45,389 bases of DNA, from the NCBI GenBank assembly GCA_004431415.1, contig QPMI01000042.1:1-45389 (forward strand). The letters are read 5' to 3'. Under the pieces are notes generated by a model, which saw nothing but the letters and a program-made list of their open reading frames with translations, was not told the DNA's origin and did not search any database. This stretch comes from Cyanophora paradoxa CCMP329 (Eukaryota; Plantae; Glaucophyta). Of the stretch, positions 22,009 through 31,203 are shown piece by piece. The position numbers and the translations under genes were made by a program. The first letter of the stretch is position 1; the number at the start of each line of letters is the position of its first letter.

Positions 22009-22067
22009 ACCATATTCAGTCTCCCTGCATTATTTTTATCTGTCTTTATTTAGGAAGATCTACAACA

Positions 22068-22850
22068 ATGCAAGATTTAGAAGAGTTTAATGTTTCTGAA
22101 ATGATAAAAGGTGTTTTCAGAGCCATTTTTATAGGCAAAAGTTGTACGGGAAAAAGCGAATGTGTAAAGTATTGGTTAAAGCAATTACATGATGCCAAAG
22201 TTATTGATGTTGTCCTAGTTGTGAGTGGGACCAGCTTTAATCATTTCTGGAGAGAGGTTGCAACAGTAGAACTTGGTAAATGGGATGCTGGTTACATTTC
22301 AAAGCTTTTGGATGAAAGGCAGGAGAAAATCGAAAAAGGTGAACCTGTGAACCACATGTGTGTTGTTTTAGATGATTTAATTGATAATGAGATAATTGAT
22401 TTAACAAGAGACAAGGTGGTGTCATCTCTGTACAGTAGGGGCAGACATTCGAAAATATCCATTATCTGCATTACACAGAAACTCAGAAAAGTCTCTTCCA
22501 CTATTCGAGTTAATTCTGATTATGCTGTTTTCCTGAGTGCTGCTAATCGCAAAGAACTTGAAGCCATAGAGGAAGAATACAATATAATGCGAAACAAGGA
22601 GGACTTTTACAAAATGTTTGAAGAATATGTCCACTCCTATCAGTATATCGTTTGGTCCTCTGCTGGCTACTCAGTTAAATACTTTGTAGATAAAGCTGAG
22701 CTTGTCAAAGACTTCCCATTTCCTCGCTTCCACAGAAAGCCAAAAAAGAAAGAAGATGAACTGAAACCACCAGAGAAAGAGGAAGCCCCCAAAGAAGTGA
22801 AGAGCCAAGTCCATAGCAATAAATTGATGCGATATAAACGCGGTTTATAA
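22068..22850 (+). CDS. A32-like (FtsK-HerA) genome packaging ATPase
   Basis: Walker A GKSCTGKS, Walker B VVLDD, SRGRH..ISIICITQ, IRVNSDY. Confidence 0.93.
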   Translation: MQDLEEFNVSEMIKGVFRAIFIGKSCTGKSECVKYWLKQLHDAKVIDVVLVVSGTSFNHFWREVATVELGKWDAGYISKLLDERQEKIEKGEPVNHMCVVLDDLIDNEIIDLTRDKVVSSLYSRGRHSKISIICITQKLRKVSSTIRVNSDYAVFLSAANRKELEAIEEEYNIMRNKEDFYKMFEEYVHSYQYIVWSSAGYSVKYFVDKAELVKDFPFPRFHRKPKKKEDELKPPEKEEAPKEVKSQVHSNKLMRYKRGL

Positions 22851-22878
22851 AATTATCTCTCATTCTAATAAAGATACA

Positions 22879-23613
22879 ATGCCTCCCAAACGAAAGATAG
22901 GGATCCCAGCTGGGGCTGTTGGCTATTCAGGTGGTGGAAACAGTGGATCTATTAACACTGAACCAATGAAATTCAATGGTATGAACGAAATCAAACCCTC
23001 ACAACCCCAAGAAGACCCCCTTAATGCTGCCTATGAGGAATCAGTCGATGACAAAGCCCCACAAAGTTCAACTGCTGACCAACTGAACATTTCCCCTGAG
23101 ACAGCAAAGATGAAGTCTGTTGCTGAGGGTGCCAGGCGAATTATTGGGGCTGCTGATGACAAAGGTTTAGGCTTGCAAGATCTTTCACTGGCTCGCAAAG
23201 GTGAGGGTCTTAGTAAGGAATCAGACAAGGTAATTCAGTCTATGGCTGGTGAAGTCACATACAAGACTGCTCCCACTCAAAATATTCATCGAATTCCCAA
23301 GGCTCAATGGGATGAGATGACTGCTAAACTCAAAGATCTGGAAGCCAAATCAAGTGCCTTGGAGCAGTATGTTACTGAGAAGAAAGAGAGAGCCAAGCTA
23401 AAGGAGATGCTTCGAAAGGAAGTTTATAAAATGGGAATCACTGGTGTCCCAGATAAACAGTTTATTGCTAAGAAAGAGAACCAAATCGATGAGCAGGCAG
23501 TAGATGAAATGAAAACAAAAACCCAAAAGGGAACCATTGAACCTGGTGCCACCAAAGCTGAAGTAGAAAAGGGAGTTGCCCCAACAGTATATAAAAGACG
23601 AGTTTGGCTTTAA
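22879..23613 (+). CDS. Hypothetical protein with basic N-terminus (MPPKRK) and coiled coil
   Basis: 244 aa clean ORF following the ATPase. Confidence 0.75.
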   Translation: MPPKRKIGIPAGAVGYSGGGNSGSINTEPMKFNGMNEIKPSQPQEDPLNAAYEESVDDKAPQSSTADQLNISPETAKMKSVAEGARRIIGAADDKGLGLQDLSLARKGEGLSKESDKVIQSMAGEVTYKTAPTQNIHRIPKAQWDEMTAKLKDLEAKSSALEQYVTEKKERAKLKEMLRKEVYKMGITGVPDKQFIAKKENQIDEQAVDEMKTKTQKGTIEPGATKAEVEKGVAPTVYKRRVWL

Positions 23614-23635
23614 TTATCTCTGTTTTATTAGAGAT

Positions 23636-24136
23636 ATGGACATAATACGAAAGTTCTTCGAGATGTTCAGTCTGCATGTGGTGAGCAATTGCCACAGTGG
23701 ATGTTGTGAGACAACAGTGGAGTTTGAGATGTCAGATAATGAGGATAATGCCTCAGAAGCAAGAGAGAGAAGGAGATCAACAGTTTCTGTGGAGTCAATG
23801 CCAGCAGACCCACAGAGTATACATATGAGCAACAGGAGTATCCAAGGAGAAGTTCTTTGCCAGGCGAAAACGTTTTCTCAGCAAATATTAATGGAGGATA
23901 CAATTAGTTTGATCGAGTTTACCAGTGATGAGCCTTTAACTGAGGGTGCTATTAGACACATTCTAGCAAAGCAGAAACGATATAGAGAGGACCCAGAATA
24001 TAGAGAGTATAAAAAGCAGCAAGCCCTGGCATCCTATTATCGCAGAAAAGCCCAAAAAGAGGAGCAGAGACCCAGAGGAAGACCGATTAAATATTATTTG
24101 CCAACTGAAAGTAGCAATGGAACCCCAGGTCTATAA
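23636..24136 (+). CDS. Hypothetical protein with AT-hook-like motif (may be two small genes)
   Basis: SNCHSGCC N-terminal part; basic C-terminal YYRRK...RPRGRP; ATG 23636 avoids overlap with the upstream gene. Confidence 0.6.
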   Translation: MDIIRKFFEMFSLHVVSNCHSGCCETTVEFEMSDNEDNASEARERRRSTVSVESMPADPQSIHMSNRSIQGEVLCQAKTFSQQILMEDTISLIEFTSDEPLTEGAIRHILAKQKRYREDPEYREYKKQQALASYYRRKAQKEEQRPRGRPIKYYLPTESSNGTPGL

Positions 24137-24223
24137 GAAAATTGAGAAAAAGCGGTCTCAGTATGCTACTGAGGCAGCTATAAAAATATATACAAAGGAA
24201 TTGGCTTTATACTTGCAATCAAG

Positions 24224-24445
24224 TCACAGATAACTTTTGTAAATATGCTTTTGTTGTTTTTTGTTTGCATTCTCAGACACTGAAACAGTAATGTGAATGT
24301 TTACTGATCTATTTCTCTTTGGTTTAGCTGCATACATATTGTAACCTATCAATCTCTGTGACATTTCGATATATGCTCCAATATCTCCATGCTTTATGCA
24401 TTTATCTAACTCAGTCATGGTCATCTCATCAAGAGTCTTTGCCAT
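24224..24445 (-). CDS. Small hypothetical protein
   Basis: MAKTLDEMTMTELDK... 73 aa from the first ATG of track ORF 24224..24493. Confidence 0.45.
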   Translation of the reverse strand: MAKTLDEMTMTELDKCIKHGDIGAYIEMSQRLIGYNMYAAKPKRNRSVNIHITVSVSENANKKQQKHIYKSYL

Positions 24446-24512
24446 TTTGTCTTCACTATACACAATCAAGTAAGCCTTAAGTATTCTTGTCAAATTTTGG
24501 TCTTTTCCGATA

Positions 24513-24615
24513 GGTGTGACAGGTGTGACAGGTGTGACAGGTCTATCCCATCGATTTTGAAAATCAACTTTTCACCAGGGCTTTCCTTGGGATGGACCTG
24601 TCACACCTGTCACAC
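24513..24615. repeat. Internal palindromic iteron-like module, candidate replication origin
   Basis: (GGTGTGACA)x3...(CCTGTCACA)x2, ~60 bp downstream of the primase-helicase stop. Confidence 0.85.
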
Positions 24616-24674
24616 AAACCATTTTCAGTAAGGCTATAAAAATACATATAAATCTCAATCATCAATCGTTTTGT

Positions 24675-27001
24675 TTAATATTCGGCATCATCTTCATTGT
24701 CTTCCTGAACCCTTGTTATCTTTCGAATCCCAATATATCCTCTGGCAAGAATACCATTAACTCGTTTTCTTTCTGATTTAACATTGAAGATCTCCCTTAC
24801 TCTTTTCATAACAGATACACATTCAACTTTATCATCAACACTTTTGTATGATTTGTAAATGATATCACTGGAAACAAAGTCGTTAGCATTATGTGTAACC
24901 TCGAAATTATCTCGAAGCCATTCACCAATCTTATCATTTTCAGCTATAAAGTTAATTCCCTGTTCAATAATCGATTGAGGGGACTTCTTAAGATCTCTTC
25001 AACCTCTTTGTTCTTCCACATATCCAGTAATATCTTCATGTGAGCCATCTTATACTCATCATCATTGTGTAGAAGTGTGAACAGAGTTGGGTCAGCTTTC
25101 TTTTGACCAGCTTCTGGCTTCTCTCTGAATATATTATTGAATCTCTGATAGGAAAGTCTTCTTTGAATTGCAAAGTCTGGTTTATTTATAGTCAAATTGT
25201 CATTAGTTGTAATGTAGACCTGAAACATTGGGGTAAGGATAACTGGGTCTTTGAACAAGGCTCTCACAGTCATTTCATTTCCACCTGTGACCTCCTTAAT
25301 CTTGGAGATCTGCAGTTTATCACCATCTTCAGCCTCATTACTGAATACAAGTCGCTTTCCAAGAAGTTTGGCAAGTTCAGGAGTAGCCTCTGATGAGTTC
25401 TTTTTAGGCTTAGTCCAATAGGATATTTCGAGAGGGCTGTAATAGCGACCAGATATCTGTTTGCAGTATTCCTGAACAAGTGATTTACCATTAGCACCAG
25501 CACCAGTCCACATATAGAACTTCTGGGATTTAGTTGATCCACTAAGGGCAATTGCAATGGATGCCAGAAGATACTTTCGCTCTGCTGGATCATCCACAAT
25601 CTCTTTATAAATCTGATTGAGATGCTCTATTTTCTTGGGGTCTACATTTTCAGTATAGTCATAACCCACAGTCTTGCTCACCATATCTTCCAGTTTACCC
25701 TTTCTGAAAGTCATAGTTGTCAGATCAAATACACCATTTTCGAATCCAATCACATATGGTACAGTGTCAATCTTCTCAAAGAATTCATCATCATTCAGCA
25801 GTGGGACCAAGTCAGTCAGAAGGGATTTGCGAAATCCTGATTGTTTAAGATTTTTGGCAATGGTCATCAATGTTTTGGATCTTTCTTCGAAAGCTGCTTT
25901 GTTTTCCTCATCCTTTAAAGCTCTTTGACTATAATGCACAGCCCTTCCAAGGTATTGGGGGACAACAAGACGGCTTATATCTAGGTAAATCTTTAGGTTT
26001 GTGTCATCAAGCTCCCAAATCCCAGTATCAGTATTGAGTTTGAACCATGACTTTTTGGAGTATCTCCATGTATGTTTAAGAACCTCTTTGCATACTAAAC
26101 TCACATCATAATGAGCGCCACCAGAACCAGCGGATTTATCTATAAGATTAAAGATATCAGATTGCATTCCAATGCAGATGAATCGTTTTTTGCAATTTCC
26201 ACTGTAGCTTGACACAATGTATTTGTTATCATCTCCTTTAGCTTTCATAACATACCAGTTATTCGATTCATGTGAACCATTGCAGCATGGGCAATTGAGT
26301 CCCTTGTTAGCAGCATCAAAGTTAAAGCCAAGTTCAGTTTTAGAGATTATATTGGGATGCATAAATCCCATATCCACCAGCTCTTTGATAATATTGTTTT
26401 CAAGTTCATCATATGAGGTAGCATTAGCAGTATACTCACTCTTATAGATGTAGTTATCTATAATCCACTTTTTGAAGTCATCAGTAGGCTCATTGAAATC
26501 ACAGGTATCATCCCATGGGGAGATCACCCAAGCCTTGTTGACACTGGGACACACATTGATCAATCCAGAAGTTCCAGTTCCAGTGATTGTTTTCAGGTCA
26601 ACCTTTTCAAAGCCTTTAAAGCCTGGAGCCTTATCGGTGATTTTGAGTTTAGTGAACTCCTCAGGTCGTTTAAAGTAGACATGATAGCCTTTTTTAGTTT
26701 TTGCAATGGGCTGATTGGCATCAAAGTCATCAGGAAACATATCCCGGAATTTCTCAAAGTTCTCCTCATCATCAAAGTCAATAACCATCATGTTGTCTGA
26801 GAGCAGAATGCCCCAAGATACATACTGATTAGTTGCCAGCGCTTCCTCATACTTTTCCCAGGACCAAGCACCTCCCTTATGCTTGAAAACAGGGTCTTTG
26901 CTGTCAGGTTTCACTGGGATAATCATGTTTTTGGCTAGATCCTCATCAGATCTGAGCCAGTTAGCGAGCGATTTGAGCGATTTAGTCTGTTTGGCGTTCA
27001 T
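24675..27001 (-). CDS. Prim-Pol plus D5-like SF3 primase-helicase (frameshift near 24980)
   Basis: VIDFD and KTKKGYHVYF; CPCC..H zinc module; IGFENGVFDL; Walker A GAGANGKS; FSNE; TTND; continues in another frame as ENDKIGEWLRDNF...RGYIGIRK...AEY*. Confidence 0.93.
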
Positions 27002-27009
27002 TTTCAGCG

Positions 27010-27070
27010 ATTGGGGGTCCCTTTTATATATATAGAAGATTTTTCTTTAAGTAGTTTTGGGTCCCCCAAT
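27010..27070 (-). promoter_or_regulatory. Putative promoter of the primase-helicase
   Basis: Minus strand AAAACTACTTAAAG-n-CTATATATATAAAA; same layout upstream of 27468 and 27842; bracketed by ATTGGGGGTCCC / GGGTCCCCCAAT. Confidence 0.55.
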
Positions 27071-27213
27071 CATTTTTTGTTGGAAATCGAGAAAGTATCC
27101 CTACGAAATATTTCCACACGACTTATCGAGTGGTTTAGATACAAAAAGGATGAATGGGTATTTCAGCGAATAAACAGCATATCCCAGCCTAGTAATATGC
27201 TGGGAAAAATAAT

Positions 27214-27468
27214 TTAGACATGTTTCAATTTTCTCCCTCGATTTGAGTAAGGGACATCATATAAATATTTTACAAAGCAGACTGCATTGGCTGCATACTT
27301 TCGCTGACATGAACTGGCTATTTTCATGGCTCTATAGGTATCATCGGTTTGATATAGATCTCTAAGCTGTGTGGCTATTTTTTCGTTAAACTTTTTGATT
27401 TGAGCCTTACCTTTTTCAGTTTGCTGGTATCTCTTCATAGCTCTCTTCTGGGCTTCACTGAGTGGCAT
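27214..27468 (-). CDS. Small basic putative DNA-binding protein
   Basis: MPLSEAQKRAMKRYQ...NRGRK; has its own promoter motif. Confidence 0.7.
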   Translation of the reverse strand: MPLSEAQKRAMKRYQQTEKGKAQIKKFNEKIATQLRDLYQTDDTYRAMKIASSCQRKYAANAVCFVKYLYDVPYSNRGRKLKHV

Positions 27469-27524
27469 TTTTCCTCTGTCTCTCTTAATATATATAGAGA
27501 ATTCTTTAAATCATTTTTTGTTGC

Positions 27525-27842
27525 TCAGCCAAATGTAATTGTTTCAACATCACATGCATTGTAGTCCAGAATGTTGAACAAGGTGAACTCTGGATACTGT
27601 AATGTGTTTCTACAGAATGGGCATTTTGTATTCCCGACTATTTCCTCTTGCTGTTTCATGCATCCTATACAGACTGTCTTGAAGCATTGATCACATACAA
27701 ACTGATCATAGCTAGTCTCATCACATTTACATAAACTGCATAGAATTCGTTTATATTCTGAGTTTTCACAGGATTCATTTCTTTCTTTAATACTTCTCAT
27801 GATGGCTGAAATACTAAGCGTTCTTTGACCGTCCGGATTCAT
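27525..27842 (-). CDS. RING-finger-like protein
   Basis: CSLC...CDQC...CIGC...CPFCR; ATG 27842 follows the shared promoter motif. Confidence 0.75.
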   Translation of the reverse strand: MNPDGQRTLSISAIMRSIKERNESCENSEYKRILCSLCKCDETSYDQFVCDQCFKTVCIGCMKQQEEIVGNTKCPFCRNTLQYPEFTLFNILDYNACDVETITFG

Positions 27843-27954
27843 TCTTGCTATTTGGCTTCTATATATATACAATATAAAAATTCCTTTAAGTATTTTCGCG
27901 TTCGGAATATCCCCATTTAAAACCTCCCCTTTTAGTAGGAACAAGTTAGGAACT

Positions 27955-30900
27955 ATGCCCCGAATTAGCAACAGACTCATTAGAGAGAAGAAATGGGAAC
28001 TCATGGGATTACTGGGAACACTGTATGCAGCCCATGAAATCACAGAGGCTGAATATGACCGGGAAATCGGATTTATTTCAAGGGGCAGACCCACTTTAGC
28101 AAAATTAACCAGAAAAGCCAATAACCTCTATGACAAAGTTGAGACTCTTGATGAACTCGATCGCCTGAGGCAAATAGAACCAGAGGCAGAAGATGGAACA
28201 GCCATGAATGAATTATATCGCTGGCTCACATACAGAGCCAGAAGGGAAGTTGTGGTAGATGTGATTGAATATTTAGATAGAATTGCAACCTCTCTACCAA
28301 AACGTTTAAGAGATAGTCTGGATCAATTCAGGGCAATCAAAGTTCGCTTGTCGTTTATCTGCAAGTTCGTAAAAGTCAGCAATCCACAGGTTTGGATATC
28401 GAAATACATTTACAGCGATTATTTTGTATTAACCAAATCGAGAAATATTCGAACTGAGCTGAATAAAGCAGCCCAAATGTGTCAGGAACAGATGAATGTT
28501 GTTGATAGCTATCGATTGGAGAGAATCGAAATGCTAAGAGTTGCTATTATGAGTTATGCCCCAACTGGTGGCTGCTATGTTAAAACACCAGAATCAATTG
28601 CAGCCAAGAGAGCCACAGTGAATATTCGAAATATTGATGATTCTTGCTTTGAAAATGCCATTTTGGCATGGATCCATAGGAAAGATGTAAATTCCCACAA
28701 GAGAAGTGAGCTTACACAATATCGCAAATGGAAATACTCACCAACCACATACAATCCTTTGGCTCTCAATTTCGACAATATCCCATTCCCTGTTCCTTGT
28801 GATGCTGAAATCATTGATAAATTCGAATCTCAAAATGCAGGCATCAGCATAAACATATTTGGAATGGATGGAGATGTTATATATCCCCTACATCAATCCA
28901 GCAACCCAGGCAGAAAGCAAAAGATTAATCTAATGCTCATTCATGATGATGAAGGGAATGGTCACTATATTACTATCATGTCCCTTTCAAGACTTCTCAG
29001 AGTTGCCCTTGATAAAACCAAGGATCAAAAGTTACACTACTGTGATACATGCTTATCTCGATTCAGGTCTGAGGCTAAACTCACTGCTCATGTGGACTCA
29101 AACAGATGCATTGATTGGAGACTCTCAAAGGGAATCACACCTAAACCTGAGACCACCATAGAGTTTGGACTGAAAAACCTCAGGAAAACTGTGTGGCTTC
29201 CTGTTGTGGTGTACTGCAAGATTGAACATAGAAGCATCCCCATTGATGCATCAAAATCCAAGAGAGAAGTCTCAGCAGTCAACATTAGAATAGTCACTGG
29301 GGCAGATGTTCAGGAGTTTCGATTTGAGGGTCAGGATCCAATGGGAGGTCTGTTTGAATGCTTGGAATCCAAAGCAAGAGAGCTAATCGATTTCCTGTTT
29401 ACCAATATTCCCATGAATGAACTCACAGATGAGCAGAAAGCAATTTACAAGGCTACTAAACACTGTTACCTTTGCAGTGAGAGGTTCACCAAAGAGAACT
29501 TCAAATGCAGGGATCATGATCACCACACAGGTCATTATATTGCTCCTGCATGCAGAAACTGCAATCTCCATAGGAGAATCTCAAAGCAAACCAAAGTTGC
29601 AGTTGTTGTTGACCAAATGGATGACTGTGGGACATTCATTTTCAGAAAAATAGCAGGCATGGGTGATAAAAAGCGAATCGAAATCCTTTCGAAAAACTTT
29701 GATCAATACCTTTCATTGCAATGGGGTCTTTACAAGTTCATTGATGCAAGTAATTTCATGGATTTCGGAGCTGATGATGTAGATGAGTTAATGAACAAAT
29801 TCCAGGCTTTTAGAAGGCTTTCACACTCAGTATATGGACTTGACCCAGTTCATTATGTATCTGCACCTGGGTTATCTTGGGATGCTATGCTTAGGACCAC
29901 CAAGGCAAAAATAGAGCTTATAAGTGATGTAGAGCAATACGAATTTGTTGAGAGGGGAATCAGGGGTGGCTTTGCAACAATGCCTTGTAGGTATGCTGAG
30001 GCTGATGGTGAGAACTCCCATATTATGCTGTTTGATGCTAACAACTTGTATGGCTACTGTTTGAGTCAGCCAATCCCAGTTGGTGATTTTAGATGGGAGA
30101 CCGAATTCAACCCACAAGATAACAGATCCAGTTTCCTAGAAGTTGATCTGGATTACCCAATTAGGCTGTTTCTAGATCACAGTGATTTCCCTCTAATTAT
30201 TAACAAGAAAATAGTAGAATATGCCGAATTATCACAATATCAAAAAAGCCTATTGGATCTCTCAGGAGAAGAGCTTGATAAAACCCCTAAGCTAACTGCA
30301 ACCTTTGGTTCTGTGACCAACTATGTAGTTTCTGAGCCTCTTCTACAGTATCTGTTGGACAAAGGGGTGAAACTAAAGAAGGTTCACAGGGTCCTATCAT
30401 TTACTGTGGCTCCTGTAATGAAACCCTACATTGAGCTGAATACTGATATGAGAAGGAAAGCAGTGAATAAATTCGAGGCTGATTTCTATAAACTCATGAA
30501 TACCTCAATCTATGGGAAATGCATTGAATCTTGCAGAGGTAGATCTGTGGTTAAGATTGCAAACAGTGAGAAACTGTTTATGAAATATGCAGCTTCCCCA
30601 TTGGTGAAATCAACAAGTCCCATAAACGAAAAAGCAGTTGCCTTTGAGTTTTACACAAAGCATGTGAAGCTAGATAAGCCAGTTGCTATTGGGGCTTATG
30701 TTCTGGATGCAGCCAAACTGCATAACTACAAGTTCTTCTATGATACTGTAAGGTCCCAATGGACAAAAGCAAAGTTACTATTCCATGATACTGACTCCTT
30801 TTGTCTATATATCGAATCTAAGACCCTACAAAAAGATATAGAGAATATATCCTATGCATTAGACCTTGGAGGTGATTCCAGAATGACCCCAGGTAAATAC

Positions 30901-31200
30901 AAAAATGAAATGCCTGGCTCTGCTATATTGGAGTATGTGGGTCTGAGAGCAAAAGTTTACAGTTTCAGAACTGCTGAGATTGAGAGGAGTAAGCTCTCTG
31001 GGACTTCCACTGAGGAACTCCAATTTAATGATTTTAAGCAGTGTTTATTTGCAGGTATCAGCAAGACTGTGACTGCAAAGCAGAAAAGAAGGGCAGATCA
31101 CACAATAATAGACACTGTGAGTAGAAGGGTTGCCCTAAACTGCTTTGATGCAAAGAGATACATCTTACCAGATGGTATTAATTCTGTTCCTTTTAATTAA
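27955..31200 (+). CDS. Protein-primed DNA polymerase B with endonuclease VII-like insert and degenerate exonuclease
   Basis: 1081 aa intact ORF; GIRGG, FDANNLYG, KLMNTSIYGK, HDTDS, GLRAKVYS, DAKR; CYLC...RDHDHHTG...CRNCN insert. Confidence 0.95.
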   Translation: MPRISNRLIREKKWELMGLLGTLYAAHEITEAEYDREIGFISRGRPTLAKLTRKANNLYDKVETLDELDRLRQIEPEAEDGTAMNELYRWLTYRARREVVVDVIEYLDRIATSLPKRLRDSLDQFRAIKVRLSFICKFVKVSNPQVWISKYIYSDYFVLTKSRNIRTELNKAAQMCQEQMNVVDSYRLERIEMLRVAIMSYAPTGGCYVKTPESIAAKRATVNIRNIDDSCFENAILAWIHRKDVNSHKRSELTQYRKWKYSPTTYNPLALNFDNIPFPVPCDAEIIDKFESQNAGISINIFGMDGDVIYPLHQSSNPGRKQKINLMLIHDDEGNGHYITIMSLSRLLRVALDKTKDQKLHYCDTCLSRFRSEAKLTAHVDSNRCIDWRLSKGITPKPETTIEFGLKNLRKTVWLPVVVYCKIEHRSIPIDASKSKREVSAVNIRIVTGADVQEFRFEGQDPMGGLFECLESKARELIDFLFTNIPMNELTDEQKAIYKATKHCYLCSERFTKENFKCRDHDHHTGHYIAPACRNCNLHRRISKQTKVAVVVDQMDDCGTFIFRKIAGMGDKKRIEILSKNFDQYLSLQWGLYKFIDASNFMDFGADDVDELMNKFQAFRRLSHSVYGLDPVHYVSAPGLSWDAMLRTTKAKIELISDVEQYEFVERGIRGGFATMPCRYAEADGENSHIMLFDANNLYGYCLSQPIPVGDFRWETEFNPQDNRSSFLEVDLDYPIRLFLDHSDFPLIINKKIVEYAELSQYQKSLLDLSGEELDKTPKLTATFGSVTNYVVSEPLLQYLLDKGVKLKKVHRVLSFTVAPVMKPYIELNTDMRRKAVNKFEADFYKLMNTSIYGKCIESCRGRSVVKIANSEKLFMKYAASPLVKSTSPINEKAVAFEFYTKHVKLDKPVAIGAYVLDAAKLHNYKFFYDTVRSQWTKAKLLFHDTDSFCLYIESKTLQKDIENISYALDLGGDSRMTPGKYKNEMPGSAILEYVGLRAKVYSFRTAEIERSKLSGTSTEELQFNDFKQCLFAGISKTVTAKQKRRADHTIIDTVSRRVALNCFDAKRYILPDGINSVPFN

Positions 31201-31203
31201 GAG

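Noticed and set aside
11070-25000. Programmed frameshifting or confident pseudogene calls
   Set aside because: Indels are scattered with no consistent slippery motif noticed, and TIR copies show similar homopolymer differences; sequencing error is simpler
27843-28121. N-terminal extension of the RING ORF in the track
   Set aside because: Antisense to pPolB and crosses the promoter region; ATG 27842 is the better start
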